Positions 1 through 8,466 of a stretch of 42,965 bases of DNA are shown here, piece after piece. The notes under the pieces are model-generated. The model had not been told where the DNA came from. It saw nothing but the letters and a program-made list of their open reading frames with translations, and searched no databases. The DNA lies in the IMG/VR virus record IMGVR_UViG_3300035544_000227, positions 1 to 42,965 of that record, one strand, 5' to 3'. Each line of letters starts with the position of its first letter. The stretch's first letter is position 1. This stretch comes from a virus. Taxonomy: Duplodnaviria; Caudoviricetes. A program made the translations under genes and the position numbers.

Positions 1-1704
1 ATGACTATCCTGACCGGGAAAGAGATCGAGCAGGCGACAGCTGAAGAGCGGGCCAAGTTTGAGCAGGCCATTAGGGAGAAGGCGGAAAAGGAGGCTGATG
101 GCGGTTCTGCGGAAGAGCCGGGGAAGAGATACGTCGAGCAGCTCAAGAAGGACTTCGATGACAACCACCTGGGCGATGCCCGGCGGTTCTCGGAGCGGTT
201 CCATGGGAAGCTCGTGTTCGACAACATCCAGGGCCGGTGGTTCCAGTACAACTGCACCCACTGGTTCCAGGACCGCGGGCGTGTGCATAAGCATCGGGTT
301 GCCGAAATAGCCGCCGACTTCAAAGCACAGTCTGAATATTATGTCCGGCGGGCGAACGAGGTGAAGGAGAGTCCGGAATACAAGGCCGCGCCGTACAAGC
401 AGGACCAAAAGGAAATGCTGAAGCCTTTTTACGCCAATCAAAAAAGCTGGGCGGCCAGGGCCAAGGACCTGAAGGACCCGACGCGGATCAACAAGGTACT
501 CGACATGGCCAGCGTGGCCGCCCCCGGATACCTCGGGATCGTGGGCAAGGAATGGAACCAGGACCCATATCTGTTTGCCTGCGGGAACAGAGTCCTTGAC
601 CTGCGGACAGGCAAGGCGCTGGACCCAGATCCGGAATTTTACATCAATCGGGCATCCGAGATCGAGTGGGTCAGCCTCCAGGCAGAATGCGAAATGTGGG
701 ACGAGTTCCTGCTGCAGGTGTTCAATCAAGACCAGGAGCTGATCGATTACATCCAGAAGTGCGTTGGATACTGGATGACCGGCCTGATGACCTTCCAGGA
801 ATTCTATTGTCTGTGGGGCCCGCAGGGGCGCAACGGAAAGGGGGTATTCTTCCGGACGCTGCGCAAGGTCATGGGCAGCTATTTCCAGATGATGCCTTCA
901 AAATACCTGCTTGACGAGAAGAGCCTGCAGAACACGGACAAGCCGGATCAGCACCTGGTGTCCCTGGAACATACTCGGCTGGCCTGCACTTCCGAAGCTC
1001 CGAAAAGGGCCAAGTTCTCCGAGGGCGCTATCAAGCAGCTCTCTGGTGGTGACCCGATCTCCTGCCGCGGGATGTACTCCCTGGATGTGACCGAATACAT
1101 ACCGAAATTCAAAATGCTGTTCGCTACGAACAGAATTCCGGCCGTCAACGGCGACGACAAAGCCTTTCAGGACAGGCTTCGGGTGATCAGGTTCCCGTGC
1201 ACATTCAAGATCGGCGCGGAGCCGGACCCGAAAGCCAAGATTTACCCCATGGATCCGCAACTGGAGGTCAAGCTGCATACCCCGGAAAATTTGTCCGGGG
1301 TGCTCGCCTGGTGTGTCCGTGGCGCCGTTGAGTTTATCCGCACGGGTACGTTGAGTCCGCCGGATTCCGTACTGTCCGACACCAAGATGGTCATGGATGA
1401 TAATGATTCCATAGGGGAATTCATCCGGGATTGCCTTGATGTGCATGTTGATGCTCCGGCCACCATGACGCCCAACAACCAAAAAACGCAGATGAAAGAC
1501 ATCTACGAAGTGTTCAAGGTGTGGAGCGTCCAGGAGAAGGGAGTGAACAAGGACAAGGTCTTGGCCATGAGGACGGTGGGATCTGATTTCACAAACCGAT
1601 CCGACATTATCAGGGTCTCACCGGTGAACAAGACATTTTACAATGTGACCATCAAGTCAGAATGGATCGGCCGGAAGGGGGATAACGATGATGTGTCGTT
1701 TTAG
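1..1704 (+). CDS. P4/D5-family SF3 helicase (D5_N + helicase + C-terminal winged helix), no primase domain
   Basis: D5_N-like NHLGDARRF...W..YN..HW; Walker A GPQGRNGKG; TSE Walker B; IKQLSGGD.ISCRG; ATNRIP; RLRVIRF; C-terminal DIYEVFKVW wHTH-like segment. Confidence 0.9.
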   Translation: MTILTGKEIEQATAEERAKFEQAIREKAEKEADGGSAEEPGKRYVEQLKKDFDDNHLGDARRFSERFHGKLVFDNIQGRWFQYNCTHWFQDRGRVHKHRVAEIAADFKAQSEYYVRRANEVKESPEYKAAPYKQDQKEMLKPFYANQKSWAARAKDLKDPTRINKVLDMASVAAPGYLGIVGKEWNQDPYLFACGNRVLDLRTGKALDPDPEFYINRASEIEWVSLQAECEMWDEFLLQVFNQDQELIDYIQKCVGYWMTGLMTFQEFYCLWGPQGRNGKGVFFRTLRKVMGSYFQMMPSKYLLDEKSLQNTDKPDQHLVSLEHTRLACTSEAPKRAKFSEGAIKQLSGGDPISCRGMYSLDVTEYIPKFKMLFATNRIPAVNGDDKAFQDRLRVIRFPCTFKIGAEPDPKAKIYPMDPQLEVKLHTPENLSGVLAWCVRGAVEFIRTGTLSPPDSVLSDTKMVMDDNDSIGEFIRDCLDVHVDAPATMTPNNQKTQMKDIYEVFKVWSVQEKGVNKDKVLAMRTVGSDFTNRSDIIRVSPVNKTFYNVTIKSEWIGRKGDNDDVSF

Positions 1705-2085
1705 AGAACGTTTTTCCCCGAAGGTCGAAGGGATTGGCGAAGGCTTCACCGAAGGTCTTAACTCATATGGAATACACAATTTTTTAACCAATTCCACTCC
1801 TTTCTTACCCCTTTATACCTTTTTTAAAGAAAGTAGAGAGAGAAAAAAAATAGAAAGTGAAAGAGAGAAATTTACATGGGGGGGAGTATTTGGTTGTTTT
1901 TCGTCTAATCATCTAAGGTCGGCACTGATTTCTTTGTCATCCGTGAGTTTGCGGGGTTTTTCTTTGCCGAAGGCCTGGGCGAAGGCTTCGATGATGCGCC
2001 CATGTGAATGCCGAAGGGAACATCCCTTCGCCCTTTTCCTTCCTGGCAGGCCGCTTTTGTGCCGTGCGGCAGGGGGGGGCGGGAA
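1705..2085. other. Candidate replication origin
   Basis: AT-rich intergenic core with a pyrimidine tract (1792-1825) then a purine tract (1826-1870), flanked by CGAAGG repeats; lies between helicase and primase. Confidence 0.6.
1719..2030. repeat. CGAAGG iteron-like repeats
   Basis: Direct copies at 1719, 1726, 1738, 1750, 1968, 1980, 2012 and one inverted copy at 2025-2030; exact 12-mer GGCGAAGGCTTC at 1736 and 1978. Confidence 0.8.
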
Positions 2086-3603
2086 ATGAGCATCGCCATG
2101 GAACGTATGACGGCCGCAGACCGGCAGGCGGTGGCTGAATCCCTGTTGACCGATCCGAAGCCGTTCAAACAGACCGAGTGGGGGGCCCATTGCCCGTTCC
2201 ACAAGGAAGAAACCCCGGGCGGTGCGTTTTACTACAATTTCGAGACGGATATGGCCTACTGCCATAGTTGTGGGGCGTCCCATGACCTGGTGGGCATCTT
2301 CAACGCCGTTCACGGCCGTGATCCTGCGGACCCGGCCGGGTGCGCGGAATTTGTTGAACGTTACTGCGATCCGTCGCGGCCCGTGCAGCGCCAGCCGCAA
2401 AAGCCGGTCAAGCGGACCTGGGTGCCGAACAAGGTTGCCTTGCCGCCGCAGCTGTGGATGGAAAAGGCTGCCGCGTTTGTCGAGCATTCGGTGGATCGGC
2501 TCCAGGCCTGCCCGGAACGATTGGCCGAGCTCGCGTCCTGGGGAATCGATGCGGAAACCGCAAAACTGTGCCGGTTCGGGTGGAATGACCGGGACAAATG
2601 GCCGCCCGTCTCGGCGTGGGGGTTGCCCCGGGAGACGAACGAGCAGGGCAAGGAAAGGAAGATCTGGCTGCCCGAGGGGCTGGTCATGCCCGCGGTGCAT
2701 GGCGGACAAGTGGTCAAACTGAAGATTCGCCGTCCCGATCCGGTCACGCCCTGGGGAGACGTGCGCAAGTATTGGGAGGTCAGGGGCGGGGCCAACCATC
2801 TTTTCCATGTCTACGGCAACCCCGCCTTTCGGGTGTGGGTGTTGGTCGAGACCGAGCGAGACGCCGCGCTGGTGTGGCAATTTGTCCACGACCTTGGGAT
2901 AGGGGCGTTGGGCAACGGCGGCGCGAGAAAGCGCCCTGGCGGGTATGTGGCCGACATTCTCGACCGGGCATGGTTGATCCTCAATGCGCTGGATTTCGAC
3001 CAGGCCGGGATGCAGTGCAGCTGCGGGTTTTGGGAAAAGGAATATCCGATTTCCAAGCGGTGGCCGGCTCCGCCTTCCATGGGAAAGGATGTGGGCGATG
3101 CCCAGGCCGCCGGTCTGGACGTCCGCCAGTGGGTGCTCGAGGGCATCCCGAATCATGTGCGGCGGCGGATGGACAAGCTGTCCCGTCCGGTGGGCGAATC
3201 CGGTCAAGTTGCGGCAGTCCCCGAGGTTCAAGGGGAAAAACAGCCGTCGAATAATACTGCTCAATCCCCTGAAAACAAGGTGTGTGGGGTCGCTCCGCAA
3301 CGGTCGTATTTCGATCAGGTGCTTGAAATGATGGAAAACATGCCGCTGTGGCGTGACGAGCTGGTCGAGTTCCGCAAAGCGCTGTCCGAATCGCGGTTCA
3401 AGCTTTTCATGGGTGCGAACGGCAGGCCGTGGGTGGGGGTGTCCACTGGTGTTGACCTGTCCGACAAGGGAGTTCGCGGCCAACTAGGCGCGGCCAGGGA
3501 GCGGTTCCATGGCATGCGGGTCCTGGATGAGTGGATGGGCGAGAATTCCTTGGAGGATATCGTGTTGACCTACTTTGAAGGTAAGTTGGAGGTTCGGGGA
3601 TGA
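2086..3603 (+). CDS. DNA primase, CHC2 zinc finger + TOPRIM
   Basis: CPFH...CHSC zinc finger; VETERDA, DFDQAG and KDVGD TOPRIM motifs; start taken at ATG 2086 after a G-rich RBS. Confidence 0.8.
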   Translation: MSIAMERMTAADRQAVAESLLTDPKPFKQTEWGAHCPFHKEETPGGAFYYNFETDMAYCHSCGASHDLVGIFNAVHGRDPADPAGCAEFVERYCDPSRPVQRQPQKPVKRTWVPNKVALPPQLWMEKAAAFVEHSVDRLQACPERLAELASWGIDAETAKLCRFGWNDRDKWPPVSAWGLPRETNEQGKERKIWLPEGLVMPAVHGGQVVKLKIRRPDPVTPWGDVRKYWEVRGGANHLFHVYGNPAFRVWVLVETERDAALVWQFVHDLGIGALGNGGARKRPGGYVADILDRAWLILNALDFDQAGMQCSCGFWEKEYPISKRWPAPPSMGKDVGDAQAAGLDVRQWVLEGIPNHVRRRMDKLSRPVGESGQVAAVPEVQGEKQPSNNTAQSPENKVCGVAPQRSYFDQVLEMMENMPLWRDELVEFRKALSESRFKLFMGANGRPWVGVSTGVDLSDKGVRGQLGAARERFHGMRVLDEWMGENSLEDIVLTYFEGKLEVRG

Positions 3604-4448
3604 GTAGGAAAAAAGCGGCTCCCCGGTTGTGGTTCAAGACTGTGCGCCAGGTGCATCAGTATCTGACCTGCCCCAACGGTGAGGAATTTCTTTGGGGTGA
3701 GGGCGATACGGCGATCAAGGACGGGCTGGTGTTTTCGGTTTCCGAGAAGACCGTCTACAACCATACCGACAACAAAAACGGCGAGGAGAAGCTGAAGCGT
3801 ACCCGGGCCGGGACTTTCGCCAAGGGTACGGTTGACCGCTACGCCAAGACGCATCTGGGCAAGGTGGTTGAGGGCGCGGACCCTGCCGAGGAGGATGAGG
3901 GCGATATGTCCGCCAGCCAGACCGGCGCGTCCAGGCGCGTCTTGGCCGACGCCAAGGTCAAAGAAATCGACGCCCAGTTGAAGACATTGGCGCTCAAAGA
4001 GAAGATGGGCCAGATGTGCGAAACGGCCGTGATTGAGCGCGAGTTGGGACAGCGCATGCAAGCGGTGAAGCTCAATTTTAGTTCCTTCATGCGCGATACG
4101 GCTCCGGAGTTGCTGTCCTTCGTCGGTGGAGACCTCGATGTGGCCCGGCACATAATCAAGTTGTGCGGCGGCGACGAAGACCGGGCCGAGGCCGTGTCCG
4201 GGTACATTTTTTCCAGAAAGCCCTATCTGTTGGACGCCTTCAAGCGGCGGTTGGTGGACGCCTTGAACGCCTTCGCCCAGGGGACGTGGTTTACGGACGA
4301 GATGCGCGAGGCGTGGGAACGACTTGAAGCTGCGCGACACGAAGAGGAACATGTTGTTATGGCCGACTTGGTGCGGCGAGTCGGCGGCGACCTGGAAAAG
4401 GTCGTCTTGGTGATGGAAGCCTTCGACGTCAGGAATAGGGTGGCATGA
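3600..4448 (+). CDS. Probable terminase small subunit (Nu1-like)
   Basis: Directly upstream of and coupled to TerL; coiled coil RRVLADAKVKEIDAQLKTLALKEKMGQ resembles Nu1-type TerS. Confidence 0.6.
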   Translation: MSRKKAAPRLWFKTVRQVHQYLTCPNGEEFLWGEGDTAIKDGLVFSVSEKTVYNHTDNKNGEEKLKRTRAGTFAKGTVDRYAKTHLGKVVEGADPAEEDEGDMSASQTGASRRVLADAKVKEIDAQLKTLALKEKMGQMCETAVIERELGQRMQAVKLNFSSFMRDTAPELLSFVGGDLDVARHIIKLCGGDEDRAEAVSGYIFSRKPYLLDAFKRRLVDALNAFAQGTWFTDEMREAWERLEAARHEEEHVVMADLVRRVGGDLEKVVLVMEAFDVRNRVA

Positions 4449-6328
4449 TGTCCTACAATCCGCCGCCGTTTGCTCTCTATGAGGGGGAGGTCCAGGTTTT
4501 GGCCTCGCGTCCGTGGATATCCACACCGGAATTCGCGGAGAAGCATTTCAAGCTGGTCACCGGTCCGAACAAGGGCCAGACCTACCGCATGGACAAGAGC
4601 CCCATCGGGCGGTTCGTCATGGAGCTGTGGGACAGTCCCACCCTGCGCGAACTGTTCTGGCTGGGACCGTCCCAGCTGACCAGAAAATCCACCACGGCCT
4701 ATGCCTGCATGGCTGCCGAGATGTACCGGGATCCGTGTTCCGCCGCCATCGGTATGCCCGATAAGGATACCAGGAACCGTATTTTTGACGAGAAGATCGG
4801 GCCGCACTTCAAGAATTCGCCCAAGCTGCGGGAGATGCTGTCCGACGATAAAAAGGCGGTCCAATCGGGAATGATCATGACCAGGTTCGGCGCGGTCTAC
4901 GGCATGTACGCCGGGTCCGACGCCTCGGCGTCCTCCATCTCGCCCAAGATCGTCCTGATCGATGAGGTGGACGCCTATCAGGACAAGATGGCCATGGCCC
5001 GGATGCAGGAGCGGAACGAGGCTTGGGAGGACGAGGCCAAGACGTTCATCTTCTCGAAGGTGCGCGGAAACGAGCGGCAGTCGGTTATCTGGCGGGCCAT
5101 GATGGAGCGCGCCCAGGTCATCTACCAGCCGCGGGCGAAGTGCCCGAACTGTGGGACATTGCAGATCATGGACCTGAAGCGGATCAAGGTTCCCGGCAAG
5201 ATGCGCGACCCGAAGAAAATCCTGGACCAGTCCGCCGCATGGTACGAATGCGTGGAGTGTGGCATGCGCTGGAACGACCACTATCGGAATGTTGCCGTGT
5301 CCAACGGGGACCTGTGGGCCGAACAACCGGTCCCGGACGCACGTTCGGTCGCCCTGGTCACGCCATCCTGGTACTTCCAGGGCATGCCCCTGGCCAGGGT
5401 TATGGCCGACTGGTTCAAGGCCTTAGCCTCCGGTTCACCCAAGCAACTCGAGTGGTTCGACAACTCGCACTCCTCCAAGCCGTTCAAGGTCATCACCATC
5501 AAGGCCACCGAGGATCTTGTCCGGGCCATGATCCTGCACGACAGGCCGCCGCGCGAGGTTCCGGCCGAGGCCGTGGCCCTGACCATGGGCGTGGACTCGC
5601 AGAAACTTGGCTACTGGTTCGTGGTCCGTGCCTGGGCCCGGTCCGGGGAGTCTTGGCTGGTGGATTACGGGCACCTTCTGAGCGACGACGACGTGGAAAC
5701 GCAGCTGGACGCTGTGTACCCGGTGGCCGGCCGCACGGACGTGGTCATGCCCATCTGGAGGGCGGCCATCGACATCGGCGGCACCAAGGACGAAAGCCAC
5801 GCGGAAGGGTGGTCCCGGTCGCTCCAGGTCAAGATGCTGGTCAAGCGGTTGGACCGGGACAACTTCCGGGCCATCAAGGGCGCTAGCCGAAGTCAGGAAA
5901 TGACCGTGCGCCGGTCCGAAACAACGGTGGATAAGGATGTGCCCAAGGAATACCAGGAGCGCATGCCTCTGTTCACCCTGGACACGGACGAGATCAAGGA
6001 CCTGATCTTTCGGGTACGCATGCTTCCAGATTCCATGATGCCCATGTGGCTACATCGCGACGTGGGCGACGACTACATCCGGCAGATGAACGGCGAGGAG
6101 CGCGATGAGAACGGCAAGTGGGTGGAGAAGGGTGCCAACCACCTGCTGGACTGCGAGGTCTATGCCGGAGCGTGCGCGCACCCGGACTGGACCCCGGCGC
6201 TGCAACTGCTGCCCGAGCCGACGTATAGATCGACGGCCGCGCCTAAACGGCCTGCCGGGAGAGAAGGACTCGGCGGTTCGCCGCTGGGCGGACGTATCGT
6301 CAACCCTTACTTCAACGGAGGCCGGTGA
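4445..6328 (+). CDS. terL: Terminase large subunit, lambda gpA family
   Basis: Walker B VLIDEVDAY; CPNCG/CVECG; nuclease GVDSQ; C-terminal NHLLDCEVYA; divergent P-loop GPSQLTRKST. Confidence 0.93.
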   Translation: MMSYNPPPFALYEGEVQVLASRPWISTPEFAEKHFKLVTGPNKGQTYRMDKSPIGRFVMELWDSPTLRELFWLGPSQLTRKSTTAYACMAAEMYRDPCSAAIGMPDKDTRNRIFDEKIGPHFKNSPKLREMLSDDKKAVQSGMIMTRFGAVYGMYAGSDASASSISPKIVLIDEVDAYQDKMAMARMQERNEAWEDEAKTFIFSKVRGNERQSVIWRAMMERAQVIYQPRAKCPNCGTLQIMDLKRIKVPGKMRDPKKILDQSAAWYECVECGMRWNDHYRNVAVSNGDLWAEQPVPDARSVALVTPSWYFQGMPLARVMADWFKALASGSPKQLEWFDNSHSSKPFKVITIKATEDLVRAMILHDRPPREVPAEAVALTMGVDSQKLGYWFVVRAWARSGESWLVDYGHLLSDDDVETQLDAVYPVAGRTDVVMPIWRAAIDIGGTKDESHAEGWSRSLQVKMLVKRLDRDNFRAIKGASRSQEMTVRRSETTVDKDVPKEYQERMPLFTLDTDEIKDLIFRVRMLPDSMMPMWLHRDVGDDYIRQMNGEERDENGKWVEKGANHLLDCEVYAGACAHPDWTPALQLLPEPTYRSTAAPKRPAGREGLGGSPLGGRIVNPYFNGGR

Positions 6329-6558
6329 TGTTGGACGCTGCCACGAAGCTCAAGAAAGACGATCTGAAACGGCTGGTCAAAGTGATCCAGGATGGCGGCG
6401 GGGTGGACTTCAACCGGCGTGACGGGGCGATATGCCCGGTGTGTGGGGCGAAGCGGTGCAGGGTGACCACAACTTCGTCATGGTGTGGTTCTTTGCGTGA
6501 GCGCTTCCACAAATGCCGATCCTGCGGATTGCGCTTCAAGAGCATTGAGGTTGATTAG
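6328..6558 (+). CDS. Ogr/Delta-like zinc-finger protein, putative late-gene activator
   Basis: CPVCG...RERFHKCRSCGLRFKSIE pattern, small size. Confidence 0.65.
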   Translation: MLDAATKLKKDDLKRLVKVIQDGGGVDFNRRDGAICPVCGAKRCRVTTTSSWCGSLRERFHKCRSCGLRFKSIEVD

Positions 6559-6595
6559 GCACGGACGTTGCAATTTATATAGTTCCGAACAGTGG

Positions 6596-6624
6596 GCGGG
6601 AGGCAGTTGCTTCCCGCTTTTTTT
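6596..6624 (+). terminator. Rho-independent terminator
   Basis: GCGGGAGGCA-GT-TGCTTCCCGC stem followed by T7. Confidence 0.75.
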
Positions 6625-6635
6625 GTCAGTGAGCG

Positions 6636-6684
6636 TAGTAGATTACTAAATTAGTAGATTACTAAATTAGTAACCGTACTACGG
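6636..6684. repeat. Tandem palindromic repeat upstream of the head operon, putative protein-binding site
   Basis: TAGTAGATTACTAAAT x2 (6636-6667) plus TAGTAA, then palindrome CCGTA-C-TACGG. Confidence 0.8.
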
Positions 6685-6751
6685 ACAGCGCTCATTTTTC
6701 TGGGGTAAACGGGAGGCACTTTTACCGAGAAAAACCGTTTCGGAGAGGAAG

Positions 6752-6958
6752 ATGAGCGATACCCTGAACAAAGATGCCGCCGACCAGGCGCTCGCCAATG
6801 CGGTCGATACCGAGGAATTCACTTTCGACGGTGTGACCGAGAAGCGCGACCCCGAGAAGCTGATGCGGGTCCGCGAGGACCTGAACGCCGAATTCAGGAC
6901 GCGAGACAAGGGCAATGTCCTGCAGCGTGCCGGGCATTGCGTCATGAGGCGCGGATGA
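6752..6958 (+). CDS. Head-tail joining protein (gpW-like)
   Basis: 68 aa, lambda gpW position just before portal, RBS GGAGAGG. Confidence 0.55.
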   Translation: MSDTLNKDAADQALANAVDTEEFTFDGVTEKRDPEKLMRVREDLNAEFRTRDKGNVLQRAGHCVMRRG

Positions 6959-8466
6959 CGTCCCGCAGCATGGCATACGCTCGGCGCCTTGGCCGAGGCC
7001 GCAGGGCGAACCGGGCCGGCGCGTCCATGGCCGGGGCCATGGCCAGCTGGACGCGGTCCATCGTCGGCCAGGGTGAAGCCGAACGGCAGGTCGAGCGTGT
7101 CTCAGAGCGGGCGCTGGACCTATACCAGAACGACGCCATGGCGCACGGCGTCCTGGAGTCGCTGCTGGTGGAGACCGTGGGCATCGGCTTGACGCCCCTG
7201 CCGTCTCCCAAGGGAGAGTGGCTGGGTTTCGACGACGAGTGGGAGTCCAGCTATCAGAGCGCGGCCATGCGTATCTGGGAAGAGCACGGCCTGGACTGCC
7301 GCCATTTCTGCGATGCCCAGCGGCGGCTCGACTACTACGCGCTCCAGGGACTCAAATATTTCAACTGGAGACTCTTCGGCATCGGCCTGGGCCAGATCAT
7401 CGCCAAGACCATGAAGGGTTCGCCCCTTTCCACCTGCGTACTGCCCATCAATCCGTTTCGGCTGGTTTCGCCCGCGGGGACCAATCGTGAAATTTACGAC
7501 GGTATCCAGATCGACAAGGATGGCGCGCCTGTCCGGGTCTGGCTGCGCAAGCCTGGTGCTTACCAGCGTTCCATTTCGGCTTCGGACTGCGAGTCCTTTC
7601 CGGTCTGGGACGAAGAGACCGGGCTGCCGCGTATCCTGCTGGTAACCGACGTGCGCAACATCGCCGAGTACCGCCAGGACTCCATCCTCGGACCCATGAT
7701 TACTGAAATTCGGCATTCCAACGATCTGGCGAATGCCGCCGTGGTCGGCGCCATGGTCCGGAACCTCTACACCATGTTCATCAATGACTACAGCCAGGGC
7801 GTGATCACGAAAGACACCCCCTGGGAGGATCGCGTTCACCAAACCGAACAGGCCACCATTCTTTTCGGGGCGGGTAAGGAGAAGCCCACGTTTTTCAGCC
7901 ATGAGGCCGCGCCTTCCCGGTACCAGGAGATGTTCGGGGCCATTATCGACCGGCTGGGCATGGCCACCGGGCGCGGGGCCGAGAACGTGGCCCGGAAGTT
8001 CCAGGCCAGCTACTCGGCGGCCAAGGCGAACATGGAGAAAGAGGACCAGGTCAACGAGTTCGAACACCGGACATTGATCGGACAGTTCTGCCAGCCGTTC
8101 CTGGCCTGGCAGCAGTACGAAGCGGCCTTGCGCGGGCGTCTTCCGGTCAGGTCCATGAAGCATTTTCTGGATAATCTCTACGCCTACACCCACACCGAGC
8201 ACCTGGCCCAACCAATGCGGCAGATCGACCGCCAGAAAGCGGCCATGGCCGATACTTTGGGTCTCGGTTCTCACATGACGACGTATCGCGAAATCCATGG
8301 CCGCAACGGTCAGGATTGGAAGGCGGTGTTGCGGCAGGCCGCCGCTGAAAAGAAATACATGAAGGGGCTGGAAGAGGAATTTGGCGTGGACATGAGTTCC
8401 GCCAAGATTCCCGATGCCGCCTGGAAAACGGAGGACAAGCCAGATGATGGAAAAGATCAAAGCTAA
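6955..8466 (+). CDS. Portal protein, lambda family
   Basis: RALDLYQNDAMAHG, IYDGIQIDKDGAPV, SYSAAK motifs; ATGA overlap with upstream gene. Confidence 0.92.
   Translation: MTSRSMAYARRLGRGRRANRAGASMAGAMASWTRSIVGQGEAERQVERVSERALDLYQNDAMAHGVLESLLVETVGIGLTPLPSPKGEWLGFDDEWESSYQSAAMRIWEEHGLDCRHFCDAQRRLDYYALQGLKYFNWRLFGIGLGQIIAKTMKGSPLSTCVLPINPFRLVSPAGTNREIYDGIQIDKDGAPVRVWLRKPGAYQRSISASDCESFPVWDEETGLPRILLVTDVRNIAEYRQDSILGPMITEIRHSNDLANAAVVGAMVRNLYTMFINDYSQGVITKDTPWEDRVHQTEQATILFGAGKEKPTFFSHEAAPSRYQEMFGAIIDRLGMATGRGAENVARKFQASYSAAKANMEKEDQVNEFEHRTLIGQFCQPFLAWQQYEAALRGRLPVRSMKHFLDNLYAYTHTEHLAQPMRQIDRQKAAMADTLGLGSHMTTYREIHGRNGQDWKAVLRQAAAEKKYMKGLEEEFGVDMSSAKIPDAAWKTEDKPDDGKDQS

Noticed and set aside
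2072-2079. G8 tract before the primase start as a phase-variation switch
   Set aside because: Short tract, equally explained as an RBS; a single sequence cannot show variation
1688-2089. 133-aa ORF across the candidate origin
   Set aside because: Low-complexity translation of homopolymer tracts, no clear RBS; better explained as non-coding
1909-3483. 524-aa minus-strand ORF
   Set aside because: Antisense shadow of the primase in GC-rich coding DNA; no motifs
6636-6673. Possible mini CRISPR array
   Set aside because: 16-bp units are directly tandem with no spacers, and there are no cas genes
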